In this document: one piece after another, positions 14,771-28,210 of the stretch
How positions within the stretch are numbered: the stretch's first letter is position 1
Layout: every line of letters begins with the position of its first letter
Origin: Octopus vulgaris
Lineage: Eukaryota
Direction: 5' to 3'
Assembly: GCA_951406725.2 (NCBI GenBank)
Contig: OX597823.1
Span: forward strand, 96,844,001-96,908,000
DNA length: 64,000 bases
Program-made: the position numbers and the translations under genes
The notes under the pieces: generated by a model
Database searches by the model: none
What the model was told of the DNA's origin: nothing
The model's input: the letters and a program-made list of their open reading frames with translations, nothing else

Positions 14771-15511
14771 GTAAGAAAAGTTTTATATCATATATAAATA
14801 AATTTTTAAAAAAACATGAAAATATACAATGACATTAAAACTTAAACATATTAAATCAATGAGGCAGTGAGCTGGCACAATTGTTAGTACGCTGGACGAA
14901 ATGCTTAGCGGTATTTCGTCTGCTGCTGTGTTCTGAGTTCAAATTCTGCTGAGGTTGACCTTGCCTTTCATCCTTTCGGGTTTGATTAAATAAGTACCAG
15001 TTACGCACTGGGGTCAATATAATCGACTTAATCCATTTGTCTGTCCTTGTTTGTCCTCTCTCTGTGTTTAGCCCCTTGTGGGTAGTAAAGAAATACATAT
15101 TAAATCATTGTATCTTACATTTAAACAGAGTTACGCCTTTCAGAGGGAGATGCTCTTCAGAGGAAAATGAGAAATGTAGATATAGTACTTGTTGAGGTTA
15201 TCTCTACAGTTATTCTATAGAAATTAGATGGGTGCTGGCAGACTCATTTACATACCAGGTGAAACGCTTAGCAGTATTTCATCTGTCTTTACATTCAAAG
15301 TTCAAATTCTGCTGGGGTCATCTTTGACATTCATCCTTTCAGAGTCAATAAAATAATTACCAGTTGATGTAATTGATTTATTGGGGTTGATGTAATTGAT
15401 TTATTCCCTTCTCTGAAATTGCTGGCAGATGAAGGGGTAGAAACTCTTGAAGTATGGCATGTATGCCTATTACCCTTTTTTTCATCATCAATCTCATTGT
15501 TTGTTTACCAG

Positions 15512-15915
15512 CAGTGGCTGTGTGGTAAGTAGCTTGCTTACCAACCACATGGTTCCTGGTTCATTCCCACTGCATGGCACCTTGGGCAAGTGTCTTCTAC
15601 TATAACCTCAGGCTGACCAAAGCCTTGTGAGTGGATTTGGTAGACGGAAACTGAAAGAAACCCTTCGTATATATGTATATAAGTGTGTGTGTGTGTGTGT
15701 GTGTATGCTTGTGTGTCTGTGTTTGTCCCCCCCCCCAGCATCACTTGACAACTGATGCTGGTGTGTTTACGTCCCCATAACGTAGCGGTTCGGCAAAAGA
15801 GATCGATAGAATAAGTAATAGGCTTACAAAGAATACGTCCTGGGGTTGATTTGCTCAACTAAAGGCGGTGCTCCAGCATGGCCACGGTCAAATGACTGAA
15901 ACAAGTAAAAGAGTA
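15512..15915 (+). mobile_element. tRNA-derived SINE with CORE-like segment (SINE family B), near full length
   Basis: A-box-like TGGCTGTGTGG, B-box-like GGTTCATTCCC, CCTTGGGCAAGTGTC core, internal (TG)n and a 3' GACTGAAACAAGTAAAAGAGTA end. Other copies at 29520-29900(-), 39550-39905(-), 39996-40435, 58395-58783(-), 63160-63330. Confidence 0.85.
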
Positions 15916-16171
15916 TCTGATGTCTTGGATACAAAAATCCTTCATTGATGTGATAGCACTGCTAACACAGTAGAACATGGTATTGACTAATAAAAATGCT
16001 TGATATACTTTATAGCACATTGTGGTTGCATAATGAAATACCGTTTCCCCACAAGTCATCAATATTTACTTACCAACTTCCAGGAATGTTTTTAAGATAT
16101 AAAACTTAGAAATCCAATAATGTTACACTGCCGTATTTGGTGACTATTTAAACGATGTATTCGTGGATGAT

Positions 16172-16225
16172 TAATGGGTGCTGATGAAGTGGGAGGACCC
16201 CAAAATATGGCATATACACCTATTA
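16172..16225 (+). ncRNA. Hammerhead ribozyme motif with G12>A
   Basis: TAATGGGTG-CTGATGA-A-GTGGG agga CCCC-AAAA-TATG G CATA-TA^-CACCTATTA. Stem I is 9 bp. GAAA reads AAAA. A more decayed copy lies at 15424-15467. Confidence 0.7.
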
Positions 16226-16359
16226 CCCCTTCCTCATTAATATGTACTGATAGTATCAAGAGTATAGAGGGAGAGGTGAAATTGTTGTAGGGGGATGGAG
16301 AATGAGGGTATCAGAGTATGACCAGACACACACACACACACACACACACACATAAAGTG

Positions 16360-16495
16360 TGTAGAGATGAAAAGGTGGAGAATGCATAGGAGAAAGGAAA
16401 CCTTCCTAACATGGATCCAGTGAATGGACCAGTTATCTTAGTTAACAGTAGTATGGTAGATGAAACAATTAAGGATATGAAGACTAGAAAAGCCA
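16360..16495 (+). mobile_element. Old internal RTE fragment
   Basis: EKGNLPNMDPVNGPVILVNSSMVDETIKDMKTRKA matches EEESLPNVDPVEGPAIRIDSSLVVKAIKGMKPGKA in the RTE at ~56190. Confidence 0.75.
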
Positions 16496-17372
16496 TTTCC
16501 TACAAAAATTACAATGTGTGCCATTCTCATGTCTTGTGGAAAACCAGGAACTATTTGGCACCAGAATATTTTCTGGTCCTAAAGAGCCTTGGCTATAAGG
16601 CACCATTTGATGAGTGGTTGGGAAGAGACATGTCAGGGGCAGATACGATCAGGAGCAGATTGCGTCAAGGGCATAGACATAAAGGGTTTACTTTTAGGGC
16701 CTTATTTGTGCTGAGGTAGACAGCATAGGTGGTGTAGTGTTTGGATGGTGTGATCTCTTTATATTCTTAGTTTGAATTCTGCCGAAGTTAACTTTGCTTT
16801 TCATCCTTTTGAGGTCAATAAGATAAGTACCAGTTGAGTACCGGGGTTGATATAATTGGATAGTCCCCTTCCCCCAAACTTTCTGGCCTTGTGTCAAAAT
16901 TTGAAACCTTTATTATTATTGTGCATGCTATCAAAGTGACACTGGGGTAAAATATACAAAGCCCATCATGACTACCCGTCTGATAAGGGTACACTAGGCA
17001 CATGCATCACAACCATATGTGCACAACATGGTGATCTCATATCAAGATAAACAGCACATCAACTTGCAGGTGGGACCCAGTTAAAATGTTCTACAGGTTG
17101 AGTAGCCCATCCCACTGAAAAGGTCCCTGAATAAGGATTGTTTAAGGATGTTGAACGAACCACCCATGTTTCCAGAGGTGAATTATCCAAACCCCTAAGG
17201 ATTCCTCTCAAGACATGGTTATGATACTCTCCCACAACTTCTGCTCGTGATTAGAGATGCACATATCGTCAGCCACTGAGGGACATGGTCAACTGGTTAA
17301 GATCAGAAACCACAATCACCATTGCCTGGTACTGCATCAGGGCATTCATCATCATCATCGTCATCGTCATCG

Positions 17373-17409
<37 letters not shown>

Positions 17410-18496
17410 TATTATTATTATTATTATTTTGGTTGGAAACATGTGTAGGTTTGCAAGAGGAAAGGCATCCTGCCATAGAAAAACCTCTAGCTTGTGATTT
17501 GACCCATGCAAGAATGGAAAAATAGACACTAAAGCCCAAAGACTCATAAACCTGGAGATTCACCTGATTTCTGTGGGTTTTCTTGTGCGTGGATTTGATA
17601 GACAGAAACTGAAAGAAGTTTATTGTGTGTGTGTGTGTGTGTGTATGTGTATCTGTGTGTCTGTGTGATTGTGTCATCCACCAACACATGACAAATTATG
17701 TTGGTGTGTTTACGTCCCCATAACTTAGCAGTTTTGCAAAAGAGACTGATAGAATAAGGAGCAGGCTTTTAAAAGAAAATACGCATCAGATTTGATTCAT
17801 TTGATGGAAAATTCTTCAAGGCTGTGCCCCAGCATGGTCACAGTCTAATAACTGAAACAAGTAATAGATAAAAGATAAGAAACAGGGGTGGCTCCTTTAA
17901 TCCCTTAAAAGCCACAATTTCATCTCATTTACTTCTACCACATCTTGTTACTAGTTTTATGGATGGAGTCATTGCTCTGATCAAGTTTCAATAATTTGAG
18001 AACTTTTATGGATTTTTTTTGTTGTTGTTATTTGTTTTAGATTATAACAGAAAGTTAATTAGTGTTAAGTGCTTACGAGTATAATTAGTAATTTAGCAGC
18101 CTTCTTGTATTAAATTTTAGCTTGTCATGTGTTTCTGAGTTTTAGCTGCTGAATAATTAGACTGCCTTGTGATATTTGTTCTGGTTTCAAATCCAGCTGT
18201 GGTCAGCCTTGCCTTTCATCTTGTCAGGTTTCATAAAGTACAGTACCAGTCACATAGTAGGGACGATGTTATTTATGAATCAGCTCCCTTCAGAATTGTT
18301 GGTGTTGTGCCTAACTCAGAAGTCATTAAAGGCAGTGAACTAGCATAGTTGTTAGAATAACAGAAACAATACGTTGCAGTATTTCTTCTGACTCTTGAAG
18401 TCTTGAGTTCAAATCCCACTGAGCTTAACTTTGCCTTTCATCCCTCCAGAGGTCAATGTAACCCAAAATTTCAGGCCTTGTGCTTATAACAGAAAG

Positions 18497-18545
<49 letters not shown>

Positions 18546-18707
18546 GTCATTATTATTATTATTGAGTAAGAGAGCTTTACATTTTGAGTTCAAATTGTGG
18601 CAAGGTCAATTTTGACTTTTATCCCACTGACAAAATCATGTACCAGATTTATATGTCTATGGTATTGGGATCTATAAATAATACCAATTAATGCCTGCTC
18701 TCTCTCA

Positions 18708-18748
<41 letters not shown>

Positions 18749-19741
18749 ACTGTGGCCATGCTGGGGCACCACCTTGAACATTAGTTGAGTTTTAGTTTAC
18801 CAAATTAACCTCGGTACTTATTTTACTTCAGTCATCATCTTCTTCATCATCATCACCATCACCATCATTACCATCACCATCATCATCATCATCATCATCA
18901 CCATCACCATCATCATCATCACCATCATCATCACCATCACCATCACCACCACCACCACCGCGATCACCACCACTGCCACCACCATCACCATCATCATCAT
19001 CATTATTACTTTAATCAATCTTGAATTAATCAAAGTTGGATTATTTTCACCTTTCAACTTCGAAAGAAATGTGGCAGCATTTTGCTTGAACCTCTTAAAT
19101 CTGTGACTAGAATTCCTGTTATGCATTTAATGACATTAGAATGATATCCGAAGAAATGCTGATGCTAAGAGAACTCTTTTGATCTATTGGATATTAAACA
19201 TGAGGCCAGTTCCTCAGAAAACTGATATTATTAAGCACTAGCAAGGGCAGAAGAATGACACTGAGTTGAAAATCATTTCTAGTAAGAACTGGATTTGCTT
19301 TCGTTCTTCCAAAGTTGATGCAGCAAATTAGCAGAATTGTTAGAGCAGTGGTAAAGTGCTTTACAGTAATTTTTCCAAGATCTTTACATTTTGAGTTCAA
19401 ATCGTGGCAAGGTCAATTTTGCCTTTTATCCCTATGAGATTGATAAAATTATGTACCAGATTCACATGTCTATGGTATTGGAATCTATAAATAATATAAA
19501 TTAATGCCTGCTCTCTCTTACTCTCTCTCTCTCTCTCTCTTTTAAACTGTGGCCATGCTGGGGCACCACCTTGAATTTTAGTCTACCAAATCAACCTCCG
19601 TACTTATTTTACTTCTATTGTTTTAAGCCTGGTTCTTATTCTATCAGTATCTTTTGCTGAACTGCTAAGTAACAGGAGTGTAAACAAACCAACGGTGGTT
19701 GTCAAGCACTGGTGGGGAACAAACACGCACACACAGACGAG

Positions 19742-19773
<32 letters not shown>

Positions 19774-20055
19774 TGACAGGTTTATTTCAATTTCTGTCTA
19801 CTAAATCCACTCACAAGGCTTTGGTTGGCCAGAAGCTATAGTAGAAGACAAGGTGCCATACAGTGGGACTGAACTCGGAATTATATGGTTGCAAGCAAAT
19901 TTCTTACCACACTGCCACATATATATGTATGAATGTATGTGTGTATGTATGTATGTATATATATATGTACGTTTGTATGTATGTATGTATGTATGTATGT
20001 ATGTATATATGTATCTATATATATATATGTATATATATATTTGTATGTATGTATG

Positions 20056-20102
<47 letters not shown>

Positions 20103-21206
20103 GTACGTATGTATGAATGTATGTATGTACATCTCGTACCCCCACCACCATTCTTATACCCTGTGCATCATTTCCTTACTTTCTGATTTATCTTTGGGTT
20201 GCTGCTTGTCACCCGAATTCTTTTTGAGCCTCTTCCATCATTCTCACCTGTCTACTTCCACACCCTGGCACCTTGTCAACTGCATCTTTGTCTTCTTTCC
20301 ACCTTCGGTTATCCTCTCTTACATAATGTGTGGTAGCCATGCATTTCCTCAGTAGCAAGACACCTGTGCTTATCCCTCTATCACGTAGACGTAGCCGCGA
20401 CCGATGCCGGAAGTCGCCGGGAGGCTGTCGCGAGAACCACGTGGTCGATACCGCAATGTGGTCCAATCCGTAAATTCGCGTAAAATTACAGTGCCACCGC
20501 CTTCCGTTCCCCGCATTCAACACCTGGCATTAACCCACCACACACACTCTCAAATGTACTCCTATTCAGTCAAGTAGGGTTTTCTCCTTTCGGTTTTCAT
20601 CTTTGTCTTGTAAGTTACTTGCCAACCTTACTAGAGCTGGTGTGAAGAAAAAAGGAGCACCCGGTACATACTGTAAGTTTGTTGGCATGGGCTTCTTTCA
20701 GTTTCCAACCAATAAATCCACTCACAATGCTTTGGTCAGCTCAGGACTATAGTAGAAGGCACTTGTCCATGGTACAGTGTGACTAAACCTGAAACCTATT
20801 TCTTTATTACCCACAAGGGGCTAAACACTGAGAGGACAAACAAGGACAGACATAGGTATTAAGTCGATTACATCAACCCCAGTGCATAACTGGTACTTAA
20901 TTTATCGACCTCGAAAGGATGAAAGGCAAAGTCGATCTCGGCGGAATTTGAACTCAGAACGTAACGGCAGATGGAATACGGTTAAGCATTTCGCCCGGCG
21001 CGCTAACATTTCTGCCAGCTCGCCGTCTTATAACCTGAAACCATGGGATTAGGAAGTGAACTACCCAACTGCCCAGCCATGTGTACGAACACATGTGCAC
21101 ATGCATGTGCATGCACTCACACACACACACATACACACATACACACACTATGATTCTATAATGGATATATATGTTTTATACAATACGATGTTCATTATCA
21201 TTACAG

Positions 21207-21295
21207 AATCCACTTTAGGTAGAGACATTCAGAATGTAAGCAATGCCTGGCTTGGAGTGAATATAGACATCAATCCACGGAAGGAAGAGTTTGTG
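21207..21295 (+). CDS. Integrin alpha exon B
   Basis: ttacAG acceptor, GTAAG donor. (E)STLGRDIQNVSNAWLGVNIDINPRKEEFV contains the 'WLGV' blade-2 motif. Phase 1 in, phase 0 out, compatible with both neighbours. Confidence 0.9.
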
Positions 21296-21496
21296 GTAAG
21301 AGTTTCACTTTATAACGAGTTTGATTTTCCTGAATTATAATTGATGATGAGAGAAGAAGATTTACTTTTTAATGTCAGAAGTGAGATGCTGCAAAGTTGT
21401 GAAACTTAGGCACCAAATAGAGGTTTGCTGAGACTGGAGTGAAAGGGGGAAGAGTTGAGCATAGTATGATTGAATATGTAAGGTCCCTTGTATTAA

Positions 21497-22442
21497 CCCT
21501 TTCGTTACTGTATTTATTTTTGCTTTAAATCATCATCATCATCATCATCGTTTAATGTCCGCTTTCCATGCTAGCATGGGTTGGACAATTTTGACTGAGG
21601 GCTGGCGAACCAGATGGCTGCACCAGGCTCCAATCTTGATTTGGCAGAGTTTCTACAGCTGGATGCCCTTCCTAATGCCAACCACTCCGAGAGTGTAGTA
21701 GGTGCTTTTACATGCCACCGGCACGGGGGCCAGTCAGGCAGTACTGGCAACGACCTCGCTTGAATCCTTTTACATATGCCATTAACACAGGTGCCAGTAA
21801 GGCAACGTTGGTAACGAACACACTCGAATGGTGCCCTTTTATGTGCCACTGGCACGGAAGCCAGTTGGCTGCTCTGGCAACGATCACGCTCGGATGGTGC
21901 TTTTGGAACCCTACTAGCATGGGCACAAGTACCAGTAAGGCGATGCTGGTAACAACCACGCTCCAATGATGCCCTTTAAGTGCCACTGGCACGGAAGCCG
22001 GTTAGCCGCTCTGTCAATGATCACACTCGTATGGTGCTCTTTGCACCCTGCTAGCACGGACGCCAATCATCGAATTTGATTTGAATTTAGTAAAATAACT
22101 TAGTTATCATTAAGCTAGTGTTAGGAACATAAATTGTAAGTAAGGTTTGGTGGAAGATTTTAATTCAAAACTTATGAAAACAAGACATTTGTACTACAAA
22201 GCCCAGAGGCAGTCTCAGCCAGGTTGGTAATGAAAGGGTTAATGCATTATCACTGAAAGACTTTGAGTTCCAGTGCTTAAGAGTTGCTCGTTTCCAATTC
22301 TCAGCTGGTAAACTGAGCCATATTTTCTTTTGAATATCCAATGTCTGAGTATTTTTTGAAATATAAAATGGAAATTTGAAGAAAATACTTGTCTTTATGT
22401 TCTGTGTGTGTGTGTGTTTCAGCCAGGTTGGTAACGAAAGGG
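21497..22442. mobile_element. piggyBac-type MITE interrupted by an RTE 3'-end fragment, with two right ends
   Basis: TTAA|CCCTTTCGTTAC at 21493, GTAATGAAAGGG|TTAA ending 22238 and GTAACGAAAGGG|TTAA ending 22442. Related fragments at 9374-9650, 10520-10635, 27290-27510, 50580-50750, 52529-52760. Confidence 0.75.
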
Positions 22443-25400
22443 TTAAAGGTGTCAGCTGATTCCTGCAGAAGATGTATTTGCTTTTGTGCGAACATGCAAT
22501 GCAAGTCGTTGAGATTGTTGAGTGAAAGAATGCAGTGTGTGCACAGAAGTGTAGGATGTGCATTAGAAGTGTTGATGTGTATGGAAGTGCGTTGGAATGT
22601 GCGTCAGAAGTGTTGTGCATGCCTTGGAAGTGTGGTAAATGGATTGGAAACAAGTGAGGGTTGGTGACAGGAAGGGCGTCCAGCCTTAGAAAATCTGCTT
22701 CATTGATTTCCATCTGGTCCGTACATCATCATCATCGTTTAGCGTCCGCTTTCCATGCTAGCATGGGTTGGACGGTTCAACTGGGGTCTGGGAAGCCAGG
22801 AGACTGCACCAGGCCCAGTCTGATCTGGCAATGTTTCTACGGCTGGATGCCCTTCCTAACGCCAACCACTCCGTGAGTGTAGTGGGTGCTTTTATGTGCC
22901 ACTGGCACAGGTGCCAGACGAGGCTGGCAAATGGTCATGATCGGATGGTGCTTTTTATGTGCCATCGGCACGGGGCCAGGCGAGGCTGGCAACAGCCAAA
23001 CATGGGAAAGTAGTCATGGAAATGATGATGATGAAGAGGAGGCGGGGTGGTGGTGGTGGTGGTTTAGGAGGAGGAGGACACTGCTTTTGCTAATACCTTG
23101 CTGGTATACTTTTGTGATAGTTGCAGTGGGGCAAGACCGAATGGGTATCTACCTGCTGCAACCAAAGGGCCACTGGTTTATACTCCATCATTGTCACAGC
23201 TTTGTGCATTACTCAAAGACAATAATTAGACCTTGCAATTGCTCAAAATCCACCTAATTGCAATTAGGTTAATTAAGTTCCGTGGAGAGATTATTGTTTG
23301 GTGGCAATGATGTGAATTGGTGGTGGCGTTGGCGGTGGTGGCGGTAATGTTAATAACATTGATGATGATGATGATGATGGTGATGGTGGTGTTTGAAAGA
23401 CATCAATGAAATATTTGTTTTGTTAAATTATTGATACTATGTGTAACTAACTAGACCTTAGGTATTAATTATATGTACATATTTAATTAACATGTATGCA
23501 GGCAAACAGGCGTACAGGCAGATTTCGTGAGGCATCGGTTAATGTTAAGAGTCAGAAGAGTCAGGAGAATGGATGCATTATGTGATGCTTGCGTTGGTGA
23601 TGGTGGTGGTTGTGGTGATGATGGTTGTTGCAATGGTAGTGGTTGTGCAGATGGTAGTTGGGGTATTAGTGGTTCTAGTGGTGGCTGTGATGGTGGTGGT
23701 GGCTGGGGTTGTAGTTGTGGTTTTCATTGTGGTGATGGCTGTGATGGTGTTGGTAGTGGTTGTGGTGATTATGATGATAGTTTTGGTGGTGGTGGTAAAG
23801 TTTGTGGTGACAGTGGTGGTGGTGGTGGTGGTGGTTATTGGTATCACTACGATTTGATGATGATGATGATGATGATGATGGTAGTGGTTGTGATATATGA
23901 TATGATATGATAAGAATATTACAATTGTCTTTGTGATGGTGGTTACAGTGATGATCTTGGTGGTGGTGGTGGTGGTGGTGGTAGTAGTAGTTGGCGGCAG
24001 CAGTACGAGTTAAGAGATTGTTGTCTAAATTGCTTTCACATAGAACAAATTATTGATTTGATAAGCTATTTGTGTTTAGACTCCCACCAACGTGGACAGT
24101 GCATTGCAGTTCAGCTGAGGCAATGAATGAATGCTTGAAATAAAATTAATTAATAAAATAAATTAATAAAACATTGCTACTACAAATTGTATTCCTGATA
24201 ATATAGCTTGAGTTGGGTTCTACTATAATAGAAATATATTTTTTGTGTGGTTGAATGCATTTTCCTAGGCAGATCTGTTCAAGGAGCTCTACAATATGGT
24301 CTACAGTTGTGCAAGTTTGAATATCAAGAGGCAATTTTAAGCTTTGCTTCCATATATGTCAAGTTTCCATTTGGGCTGGGCTGGGCTGGGCTGGGACTAT
24401 CCGGTACCTTCCATCAAGCACTGATTGGTTGTTGTGTAGGAATGTAGTCAAGAAAGCAGGGCAGGGTACATGTTTGTGTGCGGATGTGAGGTACTATTCA
24501 TTGTGGTAGTGAAGGCATGCTGTATTGCAAATGTAGAGTGGAAAAGGAGACTGGTTCTGTGGTAGCTGTTGTGTGGAAAGAAGCTACGTGCGTGCGGCAG
24601 CGTTTTGCTTGAACCTCTTAAATCTGTGACTAGAATTCCTGATATGCATTTAATGACATTAGAATGATATCTGAAGAAATGCTGATGCTAAGAGAACCCT
24701 TTTGATCTATTGGATATTAAACATGAGGCCAGTTCCTCAGAAAACTGATATTATTAAGCACTAACAGGGGCAGAAGAATGACAGCTATGGCAGAATTCTG
24801 GATTAAATGCCTAACTTAAATTAGTTTCTTTCTCCTAGACACTGAGTTAAAATTCATTTCTAGTAAGAACTGGATTTGCTTTCGTTCTTCCAAAGTTGAT
24901 GCAGCAAATTAGCAGAATTGTTAGAGCAGTGGTAAAGTGCTTTACCAATTGTGTAGTGTTGAAGTGGGGGCTCATTGTGTGCAAGAGCAAGTACATGGAA
25001 TGTACATTGTGAGGAAAAGAAGGCTAATTCTGTGGAGTTGTTGTGTGGCAAGTGCAGTGTGGAAATGATAAGAAGGGTAATTGTGAAATGTGGATGTGCA
25101 GTAGCTCTAATGTGGAAATGAAGACTTGTGTGGCAAGTGCAGTGTGGAAATAAAGGCATGAGTGGAAATGACAATTTATTTAGGTGTGGCTCTTGTATGA
25201 TTGGTGCAATGTGGAAATGGATGTATTATGGAAGCTTGTGGTCGTTGTGTAGTGGATGCTGTTTGGAAGTGATGGCATCAGTTGTTAGTTTCCGGGATAT
25301 TGCATCCTTTAAAACCTCCATGCTTCCTGAAATTCACCAACACTACACCTGATATCCCCACCCCCTCCATACACATGCACACATGTATATCATGACTCAT

Positions 25401-25521
25401 ACACTGTTCACTTTCCTGGCATTTGTACATAATTCCATGTTCTGTACATGCACCTTTGATGAGTTGTAGTGTACCTGAGCACTATACACAAAAATTTCAT
25501 TATTATTATTATTATTATTAT

Positions 25522-26080
25522 TGAGTGAGAGAGCAGTGCATGCCATCAAAGTGACACTGGGGTAAAATATACGAAGCCCAGTATACCCATCATGACTACC
25601 CATCTGATAAGGGTACACCAGGCACATGCATCACAACCATATGTGCACGACATGGGATTCTCATAACAAGATAAACGGCGCATGACCTTACGGGTGGGGC
25701 CCAGTTAGAATTTTCTTCTGGTCGAGTAACCCATCCCACTCAAAAGGTCCCTGATTAAGGGTTGTTTAAGGATGTTCAATGAAACACCTATGTTTCCAGA
25801 GGTGAGTCATTCAAACCCCAAAGAATCCCTCTCAACACATGGCTATGATGCTTCCCCACTACTTCTGCTCGTGATCAGAGATGCACATATCGTCAGCCAC
25901 TAAGGGACATGCTCAACTGTTTAAGGTCAAACAACTGACAAGCAAATCTGTGGTATTGAGCTGAATATTTGCTGTAGCCCATCTTTTATACCAAGACAAA
26001 ACAATGTACATGATAACGCTTCCAACCAGTTAAGATGAGAAGCCATGAGAGCCACTGCTTGGTACTGCATCAGGGCATTT
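25522..26080 (+). repeat. ~560-bp non-coding interspersed repeat that sits in (AAT)n tracts
   Basis: Begins GAGTGAGAGAGCAGTGCATGCCATCAAAG and ends GGTACTGCATCAGGGCAT. Copies at 12916-13300, 16921-17345, 44247-46228(-, interrupted) and 48130-48604(-). Confidence 0.85.
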
Positions 26081-26099
26081 ATTATTATTATTACATTAA

Positions 26100-26530
26100 A
26101 GAGAAATCACTAAAGCATCTTTGATGTCTCCTGCATTTCTTTGTCACTGCTATTACTTATGATTCTTCCAAAGTAAACATCTCACAATGTAGAGAACTGA
26201 ATGAAATGCCAAGAGTTAATGGAGAACTACCACAAGAATGGGTAGAGAGCAAAGTGTTTGCCATTGGAGGTTGGCAGTGGAGGGTTTGGGAGTCTGTTTT
26301 GAGTAAGGCCTATGAAACTTTGGTGTATGCAGAGGAAGAGCCAACAAGAACAATGTAGAATCTACTGAGAAATCGTCTCAATGGCTCTGGGTGAAAAGAG
26401 GTGATTGGTGGGAGTCAGGAGAATGTCATTTGGACATGGGCCAAAGCTAGATCTACCTAGGTAGGGCCACCTAGATGAGGTTGTATATTGTAAGAGTTGA
26501 AAGAGTTGTGTTCCCAGATACAACGCTGAT
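26100..26530 (+). mobile_element. Degenerate Hero/NeSL-like REL retrotransposon 3' end
   Basis: KNG*RAKCLPLEVGSGGFG...TEKSSQWLWVKR resembles REL C-termini of the 'GWRAxCLPxEVGxRGF...WLWxKR' type. Confidence 0.5.
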
Positions 26531-27659
26531 CCAATACAAACACACTTGGCCTGCTGGAGAGAGTAGCTAAACCATCCTCAACTCCCACTCCACAATCATA
26601 GAATAAAAAAGAATACAATACACACCATCGTTCTGGGTGCATTGTGTCTGAGAAGAGAAAAAGATGCATGGTCAAGGCTGGAATGCCTTTCATTATAGAG
26701 CTGCTGTTTTAATCAGAGTTGAACTGGAGCTAAACAACAACGTATGTTAGAATATTTGAGTTTCAATCATTTTGAGATCATCCATTTGAGGAAAAAGGTC
26801 ATTAGAATAAGTGACACTAGCTAATAACCTTTAATTACTTTCTTACCACCTTTAATAATTAGCTTTAGACATCAGCAAAAAATCTACCACAATCCTAGTT
26901 CTTTTTCTTTTGAATATTTTAATTACAGAAAATTTTTTACCTTCAATTTTTCAATGTTTGTGTGGGATGGGAGGAAGGTCATGGTTTATTTGTCAAAGCA
27001 ATACGTTTTACTGTTGAATGCTTTTGTACTTAATGCTAACAAATCAGCCATGACATAGACCTCCCCCACAACACTTTTATTCAGGTTAGGGTTATGAATC
27101 TTGCTTAAGGGTACAACACAATTATAATAGTGGTAAATAGTCCAGGATTTACAGCCATCAAGTTCAAACTCCAACAGAGGAAGGAGAAGAGCCAACATGA
27201 ACTTTCATCCTTGGCTGTCCTTAAGATATTAAGCATGTACCAAAGATACAATGCAAACAGTTTACTTGGCGAGTCCACCTTGTCTCTTATCATAGTTCTT
27301 TTGAGATTCAGTACTTTTGTTTTAATTATTTTTGAAACTAAGGAAGAATTTAATCAAATATCTTTGTCTTTATTAAGCTAGTGTTTAGAACATAAGTTGT
27401 ATTATTTTGATGAAAGGTTTAAATTTAGATCACTATAAAATGAGGAGTTTCTATCATAGAAACAGGGGCAGTTTCTATGATTTGGGTGTGTTAGTATCAA
27501 CAGGGTTTAAAGATTATCCCAGATTGTGCTGTCAAGTGAGACAAGGTGTAACCAATAATGGCCAAAACCTATCTGTTACCTAAATACAGCACCCACTTCT
27601 TCCTTTTGTGGCTGTAACTATTTTCCTAAATGTGATATTTTACCTTCATTCTATTGTAG

Positions 27660-27830
27660 ACATGTGGACATCGCTGGAAATCCGTTTACGTTGATGATCA
27701 GTATGTTAAAACATTTTACATGAAAGGGTTCTGTGTGGTCACTACGTTAAATGGATCAAAAAGCCGCAGACTTCTTCTCATGAAATCAGACAATATTACA
27801 GCTGGTGGAACATCAGTGAAATATACCCAG
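27660..27830 (+). CDS. Integrin alpha exon C
   Basis: ttgtAG acceptor, CAG|GTAAGT donor, 57 codons: TCGHRWKSVYVDDQYVKTFYMKGFCVVTTLNGSKSRRLLLMKSDNITAGGTSVKYTQ. TCGHRW is alpha4/alpha9-like. Confidence 0.92.
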
Positions 27831-28158
27831 GTAAGTACAACTATTGAACAGGAGTATTAATTCTGTTGATCTCATTGGACTCATGGAGGCTACTCCTTAC
27901 CTCAGACCGAACAACAACAACAACAAATAAAGATTGATCAACATTGAAATTGTGAATAGCTCTCATCGTCGTTATCATTGACATCATCATCATCATCATC
28001 ATCATCAGATGTATGGATAGAGAAGCTTGCTTCCCAACCATTAGTCTTGGGTTTAGTTTCACTTTATGGCGCCTTGGTCAAGTGTCTTCTACAATGATGT
28101 TGAGCCAACCAAAAGCCTTGTGAGTGGATTTGGTAGATGGAAACTGAAAGAAGCCCAT

Positions 28159-28210
<52 letters not shown>

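Noticed and set aside
15128-15170. Minus-strand CTGAAGA...GAAA hammerhead candidate
   Set aside because: No stem I complement after the putative cleavage site. Candidates near 3926 and 44430 failed in the same way.
24784-24841. 58-nt indel as a spliced-out intron (retrocopy evidence)
   Set aside because: Placing the 3' end at the AG leaves a 5' end starting AC, not GT or GC. GACA microhomology explains it better.
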